This document shows positions 8,005-17,288 of a DNA stretch of 64,000 nucleotides, one piece after another. Position numbers and translations under genes: made by a program. The stretch covers positions 14,357-78,356 of the forward strand of contig CAWGGQ010000017.1 of assembly GCA_963822125.1 (NCBI GenBank). Direction: 5' to 3'. The notes below the pieces were generated by a model that did not search any database, was not told the origin of the DNA, and worked only from the letters and a program-made list of their open reading frames with translations. This stretch comes from an uncultured Gammaproteobacteria bacterium (lineage in GTDB: Bacteria > Pseudomonadota > Gammaproteobacteria > Pseudomonadales > Azotimanducaceae). Position 1 is the stretch's first letter, and each line of letters starts with the position of its first letter.

Positions 8005-8373
8005 ATGTTCGACCACGTCGTGTTCGGAGCGAGCGACTATGCCGCGAGCAAGGCCTTCTTCCTCCACGCGCTTGAACCGCTCGGCGTAGCTGTGGTGCTG
8101 GAAGGGCCGCTCGGTCTCGAGATCAGCACAGACGGCAAGAGCTCGTTGTGCATCTTCCAAACCGATGAGAAGCCGGCGCGCCTTCACCTTGCATTCACGG
8201 CGAAGAATCGCGATCAGGTCGAAGCTTTCTATCGCGCGGCTCTGGAGGCGGGTGGCAAAGACAATGGTGCGCCCGGGCTACGTCCGCAGTATCACGCGAA
8301 CTACTATGCCGCTTTCGTCATTGGCCCGGACGGACACAACATCGAAGCGGTTTGCCACACGCCTGGGGCCTGA
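8005..8373 (+). CDS. VOC (glyoxalase/bleomycin resistance/dioxygenase) family protein
   Basis: MFDHVVFGASDYAASKAFF.. and HLAFTA..PGLRPQYHANYYAAFVIGPDGHNIEAV are typical of small VOC proteins. Internal ATG of ORF 7738..8373. Confidence 0.8.
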   Translation: MFDHVVFGASDYAASKAFFLHALEPLGVAVVLEGPLGLEISTDGKSSLCIFQTDEKPARLHLAFTAKNRDQVEAFYRAALEAGGKDNGAPGLRPQYHANYYAAFVIGPDGHNIEAVCHTPGA

Positions 8374-8377
8374 GACG

Positions 8378-8906
8378 ATGAATCGCAACGAACTGGCGGC
8401 GGCGATCCAGGCGGGTATCAAAACTGTCCGGCCAGTTCGTGTTGCGCTCGGGAAAGACCTCGAACACCTACTTCGACAAGTATCTGTTCGAATCGGACCC
8501 GACCGTACTGCGTGCGATTGCGGAACACATGTCCGCGCTCGTGCCGAAAGACGTTGAACTACTGTGCGGGCTCGAGATGGGTGGCCTTCCCGTGGTGACG
8601 ATGCTGAGCCAGGTTACCGGCCTTCCGTGTGCGTTCCTGCGCAAGGAGCGCAAGACGTACGGAACGATGAAGTACGCGGAAGGTCCGCAGTTGGCCGGGC
8701 GAAGAATTGCGCTGGTCGAGGATGTGGTATCGAGCGGCGGCGCGATTCTGGATCAGGCGAAGGTGTTACGGGCCGACGGCATCGAGGTGAATCTGGCGAT
8801 CTGCGTGATCGACCGGCAAACAGGCGGACTGGAAGCGCTGGCTGAAGACGGCATCAGGCTGAAAGCGTTATTCACCATGAGCGAAGTCGACGGAGGAACA
8901 TCGTGA
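8378..8906 (+). pseudogene. Orotate phosphoribosyltransferase-like PRTase; frame change near 8425-8435
   Basis: MNRNELAAAIQAGIKT is in frame 2 and QFVLRSGKTSNTYFDKY.. in frame 0. PRPP loop IALVEDVVSSGGAI. Confidence 0.75.
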
Positions 8907-9568
8907 CCGCACAGCCGGTGAGAAAGCTGGTAGTGGGCACGTTCGTGACGCTCGACGGCGTGATGCAGGCGCCGGGCGGCCCCGACGAAGATCGCGACGG
9001 CAGCTTCCAACACGGCGGGTGGCTGGTTCCGTATTTCGACGAGAAGCTCGTCGAGATCATGACTGAATGGACGAAGCGCGCCGGCGCGTTCGTGCTCGGC
9101 CGAAAAACGTACGACATCTTCGCGGGCTCCTGGCCGAATGCCACCGATCCCGCCGACGAGACTGCTATGGCGCTGAACACCCGGCCGAAATTCGTCGCGT
9201 CGCGAACGCTGAATGAGCTTTCCTGGAACAACTCGACTGTGCTGAAGGGCGACGTTCCAGGAGAAGTGGCGAAGCTCAAAACGCAGGAGGGCGACGAACT
9301 GCAGGTGCACGGCAGCGGTGAGCTGCTGCAGACGCTGCTGCGGCACGATCTCGTCGATACGCTGCGCATCTGGCAGTTTCCGGTGGTGCTCGGCTCGGGC
9401 AAGCGTCTCTTCGGCGAAGGAACGATTCCGCTCGGCTTCCGCCTCGTCGACACGCAGTTCACTACGACCGGCGCAGTGCTGCATGTGTACGAACGCACCG
9501 GCGGATTGCGCTACGGTGAAGTAGAAGTGGGGCAGGAGACCGTCGTGTTCGATGCGCCGCCGCGATGA
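8903..9568 (+). CDS. Dihydrofolate reductase family protein (RibD C-terminal domain type)
   Basis: KLVVGTFVTLDGVMQAPGGPDED..FVLGRKTYDIF..LQVHGSGELLQTLLRHDLVDTLRIWQFPVVLGSGKRLF. GTGA overlap with the upstream gene. Confidence 0.8.
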   Translation: MTAQPVRKLVVGTFVTLDGVMQAPGGPDEDRDGSFQHGGWLVPYFDEKLVEIMTEWTKRAGAFVLGRKTYDIFAGSWPNATDPADETAMALNTRPKFVASRTLNELSWNNSTVLKGDVPGEVAKLKTQEGDELQVHGSGELLQTLLRHDLVDTLRIWQFPVVLGSGKRLFGEGTIPLGFRLVDTQFTTTGAVLHVYERTGGLRYGEVEVGQETVVFDAPPR

Positions 9569-9964
9569 GCGGATATCTGACCGTTTCCGGCGCGACAAAG
9601 CGCGATCCGCAGATCGATCGCTGGCTCAATGCGGCGCCGGATGAATTGCATTCGATCGCGAGCAAATGGTTCGCGCGGCATACGCAAGTGCGGCGCCGAT
9701 GTGGGCGAACTCATGCACGACGGTTGCCCGGTTGCGTGTGTGGAAGATGCGCCGTTCGCATACGTGAACATCTTCAAAGCGCACGTCAACGTCGGCTTCT
9801 TCAACGGCGCGATGCTGGCGGACCCGGCCGGCCTGTTGCTGGGAAGCGGCAAGCGCATGCGGCATGTGAAACTGCTTCCGTATGCCGACGAGAACACTAA
9901 GGCGCTCGAGGCGTTGATCGTCGCATCGTATCTGGCCATCAAAGCCGAGCTGAAACGGGGTTGA
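9565..9964 (+). pseudogene. DUF1801 domain protein; frame change near 9686
   Basis: ..DELHSIASKWFAR in one frame joins IRKCGADVGELMHDGCPVACVEDAPFAYVNIFKAHVNVGFFNGA in the next. ATGA overlap upstream. Confidence 0.65.
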
Positions 9965-9990
9965 GCGGAAAGCGCCCGTAGGGGAGAGAC

Positions 9991-10371
9991 ATGAAACGCA
10001 CGTGGACGATCATCGGCGTACGTAACGTGACCGAGAGTTTTCGCTGGTATCAATCGCTGTTCGGCCAGCCTGCAACAGCGCCGGCGCATGATTTCTTCGG
10101 GCAATTGGTCGACACCGACGGAACCGTGTTGCTGTGCCTGCACGAGTGGGGCGCTCACGAACATCCTTCGTTGGAGAGCCCTAACCGGGCGACGCCCGGC
10201 AACGGTTTGCTGTTGTTCTTTCGCGTGGATGACTTCGACGACGCACTGGCAAGGGCGCGTCGGCTTCCCACCCCATTGGAAGAAGAGCCGAACCTGAACC
10301 CGAGCACCGGCACGTTGGAGTTCTCGCTGAGAGACCCCGACGGCTACTACGTGACGATCAGTGCTCTCTGA
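9991..10371 (+). CDS. VOC/glyoxalase family protein
   Basis: IIGVRNVTESFRWYQSLFG.. and LEFSLRDPDGYYVTIS are typical VOC beta-alpha-beta-beta-beta modules. Confidence 0.75.
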   Translation: MKRTWTIIGVRNVTESFRWYQSLFGQPATAPAHDFFGQLVDTDGTVLLCLHEWGAHEHPSLESPNRATPGNGLLLFFRVDDFDDALARARRLPTPLEEEPNLNPSTGTLEFSLRDPDGYYVTISAL

Positions 10372-10377
10372 GGCGAC

Positions 10378-10779
10378 ATGACGATGAACGATACGAACGC
10401 ACAGCAAGGCTTGGTTGTCTTTGCGAAGGACAAGGAGCGGGTATCGGCGTTCTATCAGGCGACGCTGTCGCTGCATGCGGAAGAGTCCGAGCCGTCGCAC
10501 GACTTGCTGCGCGGTGGCGGCTACGAAGTGGTCGTTCACGCAATTCCTGGCAAGTACGCATCGGCCATCACGATTGCGCGTCCTGCTGTGCCGCGCGAGG
10601 ACACGCCGTTCAAACCGACGTTCATCGTTGCGGATCTGGAGGTTGTACGTGCAGCCGCAGTGGCAACCGGCGGTTATCTGAAACCGGCAGAGAAAGCGTG
10701 GCACTTCCGCGGCTGCACGGTGCTCGACGGATGGGACCCGGAGGGTAACATCGTGCAGTTCAAGCAGCGCGATGCCTAA
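10378..10779 (+). CDS. VOC/glyoxalase-like family protein
   Basis: LVVFAKDKERVSAFYQATL.. and CTVLDGWDPEGNIVQF. The stop TAA is embedded in GCCTAAC. Confidence 0.65.
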   Translation: MTMNDTNAQQGLVVFAKDKERVSAFYQATLSLHAEESEPSHDLLRGGGYEVVVHAIPGKYASAITIARPAVPREDTPFKPTFIVADLEVVRAAAVATGGYLKPAEKAWHFRGCTVLDGWDPEGNIVQFKQRDA

Positions 10780-10814
10780 CGACGCAATGCCTGACAACGC
10801 AATGACCTAACAAC
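10769..10814 (+). repeat. Three tandem degenerate 15-16 nt repeats, each with a CCTAAC/CCTGAC box
   Basis: The units are GCGATGCCTAACGAC, GCAATGCCTGACAAC and GCAATGACCTAACAAC. The first unit contains the stop codon of the VOC gene. Confidence 0.7.
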
Positions 10815-10847
10815 GCGACGAAGGCGCTGCTCGCGGCCGGCATCGCG

Positions 10848-11411
10848 ATGCCCGTTCTGTATTTTGCAGCGCTGTTCGTTGCCGGCGCTTTCTATCCCGG
10901 CTTCAGTCACATCAGGCAAGTGGCGAGCGACTTGGGTGCCGATAGCGCACCTTACGCATACGCCACGGCCTTCAGCGTCGCCTTGGTGTTCGTCGGTCTG
11001 TTCGGGCTGGCGGGTTCGCTGGGTCTGTTCATCGGACTTCGTCGCGTGGGCGCCGGTCGTGCGCGTTCGGCGTTTGCCGGATTGATTCCGGCAATGCCTT
11101 CGCTTTCGCTCATGCAATCCGGCGTGTTTCCGCTGCCGAGTCCCCATCACTCGACCTTCGTGTTGCTGTTGGCGGGAGTGCTGACGCCGTTCGTCGGAGC
11201 AATGGCATTGCGCGCGTTGCCCGGCACCGGCGCTGTGCGATGGACCCTCTATGCGGCATTCGTTGCGTCATTGATCGTGGTGAGCTTTTTCTTCGGCGTT
11301 GGTGGCGTGGTGACGGAAGCCAATCTGGGGTTGTGGCTTCGGATATGGGCCGCGATCAGTCTGCCGACGCTCGCCATCCTCTGTTTCGTCATACGAAAGC
11401 GGCTCGCATGA
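10848..11411 (+). CDS. DUF998-like integral membrane protein
   Basis: Five or six hydrophobic segments. PGFSHIRQVASDLGA resembles the DUF998 N-terminal motif. There is no in-frame start upstream of ATG 10848 before a stop, so the 5' end may be truncated. Confidence 0.55.
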   Translation: MPVLYFAALFVAGAFYPGFSHIRQVASDLGADSAPYAYATAFSVALVFVGLFGLAGSLGLFIGLRRVGAGRARSAFAGLIPAMPSLSLMQSGVFPLPSPHHSTFVLLLAGVLTPFVGAMALRALPGTGAVRWTLYAAFVASLIVVSFFFGVGGVVTEANLGLWLRIWAAISLPTLAILCFVIRKRLA

Positions 11412-11833
11412 AGCCGAATCTCGGCAACTCATCACGGAGCAACAGTGCTGTGACCGGGCTCTTCCGAAAGATCGATTGCCACAGCATTCCCGTTTCGAAT
11501 CTCGACGAGGCACTCGCGTTCTATCGCGACGGCCTCGGGCATGAGTTGATCTGGCGCGATGCCACGGCGGCAGGACTGCGGCTCCCGGAGTCCGATGCGG
11601 AGCTGGTGCTGCATACCGACGCGCGACCGATCGAGACGGATCTGTGGGTGGCGTCGGTTCCGGCCGCCATCGACACATTCGTGGCCGCCGGAGGGAAAGT
11701 GGTGCTGGGGCCGTTCGAGATCCGCATCGGGTTGTGCGCGGTGCTCGAAGACCGTTGGCAGAATCGTCTCGTGATTCTCGATTCGTCGAAGGGCTCGCTG
11801 CGAACGGATGCTAAGGGCAATGTGGTTGCCTGA
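11408..11833 (+). CDS. VOC/glyoxalase family protein
   Basis: IDCHSIPVSNLDEALAFYRDGLGHELI.. and CAVLEDRWQNRLVILD. ATGA overlap with the upstream gene. Confidence 0.75.
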   Translation: MKPNLGNSSRSNSAVTGLFRKIDCHSIPVSNLDEALAFYRDGLGHELIWRDATAAGLRLPESDAELVLHTDARPIETDLWVASVPAAIDTFVAAGGKVVLGPFEIRIGLCAVLEDRWQNRLVILDSSKGSLRTDAKGNVVA

Positions 11834-12241
11834 TGGCGTATCTGATCAAAACCGAGATCGACGATCCGCGCGCGAAGACGTTCTTGTTCAACGCGCAGAA
11901 GACCATGTACGGCGCCAAACGCATCGCCGAAGGGGACACGCTCTTCATCTTCGCGAGCGAGACCGAAGGCGGTGTGGGATTGGTTGCCATGGGTGTCGTG
12001 ACGTCTGCGAACCCCACTGCGAAGAAACCCGGCGTCGCCAGGCAAACGCCGCGCGTGAGCATCACCGTGAGGCGCACCGCGCTTGCGAAGCGACGTCTGG
12101 GCCGAGGTGAGCTCAAGGCGTTCTCGAACTGGGACGATGGCCGGCCCGACGGAACTCAACTTCAAGTTTTACCGGCAGGCCACGAACAAGATCGGCGGCA
12201 TATCGGACGAAGCGGCGGAGTTCCTCCGCGGCTTCTTCTGA
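11833..12241 (+). pseudogene. Hypothetical protein; frame change near 12140
   Basis: MAYLIKTEIDDPRAKTFLFNAQ..KAFSNWDDGRP continues in another frame as TELNFKFYRQATNKIGGISDEAAEFLRGFF-stop. The 401-aa ORF-track reading beyond that point is Arg/Ala-rich out-of-frame text. Confidence 0.5.
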
Positions 12242-12259
12242 GCAGCCGCACCGCCGCTA

Positions 12260-12814
12260 GTGTTCAACGACTCCAACTATCTGTACGCGTTGATCATCGG
12301 CACCGAAGCCGCGTTCTGGGTGGTGCTCGGGCTGGCGCTGGTTGCGCGTTACCTGTTTCTGTACCGGCGCCTCAGCCGGGTTCTGTTGCTGGCGTTGCCC
12401 GCGGTCGATCTGCTGCTGCTCGTGTTAACCGCGTTCGACCTGCGAGGTGGAAGGCCGGCGACGTTCGCGCATGGTCTGGCCACGGCCTATGTCGGGTTCA
12501 CGGTTGCTTTCGGCGGGCTGGTGGTCGATTGGGCCGATCGACGTTTTGCGCATCGGTTCGCGAACGGTCCAGCGCCCCTTCCTGCACCCGTTGGCTGGGT
12601 AGCAGTGCGCTACGAACTGAAGTTGTGGCTGCGCTGCATCGTGGCGTGGCTCATCGCAATCGCGCTGCTGATGGCGCTGATCACGTACATCGACAACGAA
12701 ACGAACGCGCGGGAACTGTACGGCTGGTTCCGCTTTGCGTTCGTGTCGGTGATTTTGTGGTTCGTGTTCGGTCCGGTGTGGAGCGTGGTGTTCTTCCGCC
12801 GCACGCCACGTTAA
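12260..12814 (+). CDS. Integral membrane protein, unknown function (184 aa)
   Basis: Five or six hydrophobic helices; intact ORF; GTG start. Confidence 0.6.
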   Translation: MFNDSNYLYALIIGTEAAFWVVLGLALVARYLFLYRRLSRVLLLALPAVDLLLLVLTAFDLRGGRPATFAHGLATAYVGFTVAFGGLVVDWADRRFAHRFANGPAPLPAPVGWVAVRYELKLWLRCIVAWLIAIALLMALITYIDNETNARELYGWFRFAFVSVILWFVFGPVWSVVFFRRTPR

Positions 12815-12816
12815 AG

Positions 12817-12878
12817 CCCGATTCGCTGCGCCTAAATTCCGATTCGCTGCGCCCTAGATACCAATTCGCTTCGCGACG
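12817..12878. repeat. Three direct copies of a roughly 21-nt unit at a convergent gene junction
   Basis: CCGATTCGCTGCGCC occurs at 12818-12832 and 12839-12853. CCAATTCGCTTCGCG at 12861-12875 encodes the C-terminus (KRIGI) of the minus-strand amidohydrolase. Confidence 0.7.
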
Positions 12879-14089
12879 CCGCCGTAGAACGTCTCCCGAA
12901 CATGCGGCGCGAGCCCCGCCAACTGGCGCTCGCAGATGGCAACGGCCGATGCAGTACCTTCCACGTGTGGATAGTCGCTGGAGAAACACAACATCTCCGG
13001 CGGAACTGCGTCGAGCACCGGGCGCAACGCTTCGTTAACCACGAGCGGTGTCACCGTTACCTGACGCTGCAGATATTCCGACGGCTTCAGCGGCAGCTTG
13101 TATGCGGGACCTGCGAAGTCGGGACGAAACTCGCCGTCGGCCAGCAACGAGTGATCTTTGCGGCCGACCACGTGATCGAGCATGCCGAGCAACGCCGGCA
13201 GCCACGAGATGCCCACTTCCTCTACTACCACCGTCAGTTTCGGATGCCGCTCCAGCACGCCGTCGAGCGCCAATGCGCCGAGCAGCAGTTGCGGACCGAT
13301 CTGCGACGTAACCGCCGAGTTCAGCAGCGTGTACGTGGAGAGATCGTTGGCACCGTTGTTCGCCCAGCCGAACTGAATGCGTTCGCGCGCGAAACCGACG
13401 TGCGCAATCGCGGCCATGCCGAGATCTTCGGCCGCCGACCACAAGCGGTCGAAGTCCGGATGTGTGATCGAACGCGCGAGCGGACTGTTGCCGTCGCTGT
13501 CGAAGCGGCCGATGCCCACCGGCGATTCATTGATGGCGAAACCGCGGCTGCCGAGCGCGCGCATGCGAGTCATCTCTTCGATCGAATCGTCCAGGTCGTT
13601 CAGATCGATCTGCGTGACGGGCATCAGGCGGTCGGTGTGGCCATGCACCATATCCATCGCCCACCGATTCCAGCACTGCCGGATGCGCGGCATCAGATCG
13701 CGCCGGCGTGCGCGAGCCGCCTGCACGAATGGGCCTACGAGAAACGTGGGGTTCAGAAACTGAACGTCGATGCCTTCCGAATCGCACAGTTTCAAACGTG
13801 CGACGGGATCGCAGAACGGATCGCCGGCGAGTTCACTTTGCCGTTCCGGCTGACGAACGTCGGTCATCTCGAGGTGTTGAACGAAACCCGGCAAAACCGT
13901 GTCCCACGCCTTCTGCGGACGTTGCTGTTGCGGCAGCTGCGCCACCGCGGGGTTCGACACGCCGAACACCGCATCGGCCACTTCGAGAAAACGCGCCGGC
14001 GGGCCGAGTTGCTTGGCGAGATCGGGGTCGGTGCGCTCCACCCAATCGAGCGGCTCGTGCAGATGTGCGTCTACATCGATGATGCGCAT
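12854..14089 (-). CDS. Amidohydrolase-2 (ACMSD-like, PF04909-type) family protein
   Basis: MRIIDVDAHLHEP (DxHxH); conserved SSDYPHVEG near the C-terminus; intact 411 aa. Confidence 0.85.
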   Translation of the reverse strand: MRIIDVDAHLHEPLDWVERTDPDLAKQLGPPARFLEVADAVFGVSNPAVAQLPQQQRPQKAWDTVLPGFVQHLEMTDVRQPERQSELAGDPFCDPVARLKLCDSEGIDVQFLNPTFLVGPFVQAARARRRDLMPRIRQCWNRWAMDMVHGHTDRLMPVTQIDLNDLDDSIEEMTRMRALGSRGFAINESPVGIGRFDSDGNSPLARSITHPDFDRLWSAAEDLGMAAIAHVGFARERIQFGWANNGANDLSTYTLLNSAVTSQIGPQLLLGALALDGVLERHPKLTVVVEEVGISWLPALLGMLDHVVGRKDHSLLADGEFRPDFAGPAYKLPLKPSEYLQRQVTVTPLVVNEALRPVLDAVPPEMLCFSSDYPHVEGTASAVAICERQLAGLAPHVRETFYGGVAKRIGI

Positions 14090-14119
14090 GAATCGTTCTC
14101 CCCTGAAAGTGTTTCGAGT

Positions 14120-15151
14120 CTAACCGCCGTTTGCCGGCAACGTCAGCCGGTACGCGCGCGCCGCGGTGCCGCTGAATGCGTGTGCCTTCTCCGCCGCGCT
14201 GAGGCCCGCCTTCGCGGCGATACGTTTGAACGTATTCCACAACGTGCGGTACGAGACGCACTCCTTGTCCACCGGGAAATTGCTTTCGAACATGCAGCGG
14301 TCGGGACCGAATGCGCCGAGCGCATGCTGGTACCACGGAAACACGAGTTCCGTGAGTTCCTCGGAACCGATCGGCTTCGCGCGTTTGTGCATGTGGAACG
14401 GCGGTTCCCACGGGCCTACCCGCTGCTGCGCGCCGCCCAGCTTGATGACGACGTTCCTGCACTGCGCGATCACGTCGATGCATGCGCGCCACTTCGCGAA
14501 CTCGTTGGCGTCTGCGTTGGGATCGACGCGGCCGCCGAGGTGATTGACGATGATCGTGACGTCGGGTTGCGCCTGCGCCAGCCGCGCCAGGTCGCGTAGA
14601 CGTTCGCAGTCCGGCGAATAGTGGTCGTGGCTCAAGTGGTGTTTCGCGAGCATTGAATAGCCTTCGAGGAAGGCACCTTCGAAGTTGCGCGGTATCACCG
14701 TGCGGATGCCGCGAAAGTAGGGCGATGCCGCGATGTGCGCGCGCAACACCGGTTCCACGTCTTTGCCTGCGCGCAGATCGGCCGCGCTGAAGATGCCGGT
14801 GCACAGGCGTGCGGGGCCGTAAATTCCGGAACGGCTCATTGCGGCAATGCCGTGCACGAACTCGGTTTCGCCGACGCAGCGCATCGGCTCCGGTCCGTCC
14901 GCCCGATAGAACGCCGCGCACTGCGCGAACACCGTTTGCACGATGTTGTGGCCCGACGTCGTGATGTCTTCGCTGATCTCGTCGCAGAGATACACCTTCT
15001 GCTCGAAACTCAGGAACGGTTCGGTGGTGGCGGTGCGCAGATCCCACAGGTGATGGTGTGGGTCGACGATCGGCAGATCGGGTTCGAGAACCGGCTCGGG
15101 AGTTTCCTGGGCGAGCCAGTTCGTCAGTCGTTCGTTCGCGGGATGCTTCAT
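14120..15151 (-). CDS. Amidohydrolase-2 family protein
   Basis: IVDPHHHLWD motif, VNHLGG and FESNFPVDK. Start taken at MKHPANE. Confidence 0.85.
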   Translation of the reverse strand: MKHPANERLTNWLAQETPEPVLEPDLPIVDPHHHLWDLRTATTEPFLSFEQKVYLCDEISEDITTSGHNIVQTVFAQCAAFYRADGPEPMRCVGETEFVHGIAAMSRSGIYGPARLCTGIFSAADLRAGKDVEPVLRAHIAASPYFRGIRTVIPRNFEGAFLEGYSMLAKHHLSHDHYSPDCERLRDLARLAQAQPDVTIIVNHLGGRVDPNADANEFAKWRACIDVIAQCRNVVIKLGGAQQRVGPWEPPFHMHKRAKPIGSEELTELVFPWYQHALGAFGPDRCMFESNFPVDKECVSYRTLWNTFKRIAAKAGLSAAEKAHAFSGTAARAYRLTLPANGG

Positions 15152-15218
15152 GGTCACGTGTCCGTCTTGCGATGCATGGATTGGAGGATACTCTTGCGCA
15201 GGCGGCGGGGAGACGCAC

Positions 15219-15743
15219 ATGGATCAGGCTCAGAAAATCGTGGGGATTGGCGCCGCGAGCGGCGTAGCGTTGATGGTGTTGGGCGTGTGGCTGCTGACGG
15301 ATCTGTTGCCGCAGCCCTCAATCGCCGATGCAGCCGGTGATCGCATCGCCTATGCGCTGCGCGCGAACGTCGTGGCGCTGGTACCGCTTTTCGTCATGCT
15401 GATGACGATCGGCAATTCACGTTTTCTCAGCGACGCGATCGATCCCACGCGCAAGCTCGAGAGTCAGTCGATGCAGATCGACGGGCGTGTGGCGGCGAAT
15501 ACGCTGGAGCAGAACTTCGGGTTCGCGGTGGCATCGCTTGCGTTGAGCACGCTCGTGCCGTTGCAGCAGCTGCAGGTTGTGTGGGCGTGCGCCATCGTGT
15601 TCGTGGCGGCGCGCATCGTGTTCTGGATCGGCTATCGCATGAATCCGCTGTATCGAGCGCCGGGCATGTCGGCTACGGCGTATCTGAACCTCGGGATGAT
15701 CGGTTACGTCTTGTACCGCGTCTTCTGGTCCGCTGGTCAGTGA
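15219..15743 (+). CDS. MAPEG-like membrane protein
   Basis: Four hydrophobic helices. NTLEQNFGFAV and ARIVFWIGYRMNPLYRAPG resemble bacterial MAPEG proteins. Start at MDQAQK. Confidence 0.5.
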   Translation: MDQAQKIVGIGAASGVALMVLGVWLLTDLLPQPSIADAAGDRIAYALRANVVALVPLFVMLMTIGNSRFLSDAIDPTRKLESQSMQIDGRVAANTLEQNFGFAVASLALSTLVPLQQLQVVWACAIVFVAARIVFWIGYRMNPLYRAPGMSATAYLNLGMIGYVLYRVFWSAGQ

Positions 15744-17288
15744 TCCGGATCGGCATCGACGTAGGCGGTACCAACACCGACGCCGTGGTGATGGATGGTG
15801 TCCATGTGCTGGCCGCCGTGAAGGCCACAACTACACCCGATGTACTAAGGGGCGTGGTCGACGCACTCGAAAAGGTGCTGCACGCCGCGCGTATGAAAGC
15901 GGATGCGGTGGATGCGGTGATGATCGGCACCACGCACTTCACCAACGCGGTGGTGCAGCGCCGCGATCTCGCGCCCACCGCCGCAGTGCGGCTCGGCTTG
16001 CCGGCAACGGCGTCGCTGCCGCCGATGGTCGACTGGCCCGACGATCTGCGGCGCGCCATCGGCAACCACGGCTATCTCGCGCACGGCGGCAACGAATTCG
16101 ACGGCGGACCGATATCGGCGCTCGATGAACAGGAATTGCGCGGCATCGCACGCGATATCGCGGCCAAAGGCATCGACACCGTCGCCATCACGTCGGTGTT
16201 TTCGCCGGTGAGCGACGAGGTGGAACAACGCGCCGGCGCGATCTTTCGCAAAGCGTTGCCGTCGGCGCACATCACGCTGTCGAGCCAGATCGGCCGCATC
16301 GGGCTGCTGGAGCGCGAGAACGCGGCGATCATGAACGCGTGCCTGCGTGATCTGTCGGCGAAGGTGATCGCGGCTTTTCGTCGCGCGATTGCGCAAACGG
16401 GCATCAAGGGACGGTTCTATCTGACGCAGAACGACGGCACCTTGCTCGATGCCGCGGCCGCCGAGGCGTTTCCCGTGCTCACTTTTGCGTCCGGGCCAAC
16501 CAATTCAATGAGGGGCGCCGCGTTTCTCTCGGGCGTTTCCGATGCGATCGTCGTCGATATCGGCGGCACCACCTCGGACGTAGGGAGCTTGCGCAACGGC
16601 TTCCCCCGACAGGCGACGATGGCGGTGGAAGTCGGCGGCGTTCGCACGAACTTCCGCATGCCCGATGTGTTCTCGATCGGCCTCGGCGGCGGGTCGCACG
16701 TGGTCGACACACCGCGCGGTAGTCGAGATCGGTCCCGCTTCGGTGGGATATCGGCTGACGAGCGATGCGTTGATTTTCGGCGGTGCCACGTTGACTACGT
16801 CCGACGTCGTTGCTGCGGCGGGCCGCGCGGGTTTCGGCGACGCCTCGAAGGTGGCGCATCTGTCGAAGGACCTCGTCGCGCGTACGCAGCGCCGCATCAT
16901 GGAGATGTTGGAGCAGTGCGTGGAGCGGTCGCGGCTGTCGCCGGAGCCGCTGCCCGTCATCGTCGTTGGCGGCGGTTCGATTCTGGTGCACGGACCGATC
17001 GGCGGGCTCGAACTGATCAAGCCGAACCACTTTGCGGTTGCCAATGCGGTGGGCGCAGCCATTGCTCAGGTCTCGGGAGAGGTCGATCGCGTTTACGCGC
17101 TGGGCGAAATCGGCCGCGAGCGAGCGCTCGACGATGCGAAGCAGCGCGCCATCGAAGCAGCAGTGGCGGCGGGTGCAACGCGCGAGAGCGTCGCGATCGT
17201 CGATGTGGAAGACGTGCCGCTGGCCTACCTGCCCGGCAACGCAACCCGAATTCACGTGCGGGCGGTGGGAGATCTCGGTGTCGGCTGA
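15740..17288 (+). pseudogene. Hydantoinase/oxoprolinase (hydantoinase A-like) family protein; frame change near 16710-16720
   Basis: VIRIGIDVGGTNTDAV and VVDIGGTTSDV (ASKHA ATPase motifs) are in frame 2. The C-terminal half, AVVEIGPASVGYRLTSDALIFGG..VVGGGSILV.., is in frame 0. Confidence 0.8.

Noticed and set aside
11833-13038. 401-aa ORF reading through gene 12260-12814
   Set aside because: After about 100 aa the translation becomes Arg/Gly/Ala-rich nonsense. A plausible C-terminus is in another frame and ends at 12241. The membrane protein at 12260-12814 is the better model for the rest.
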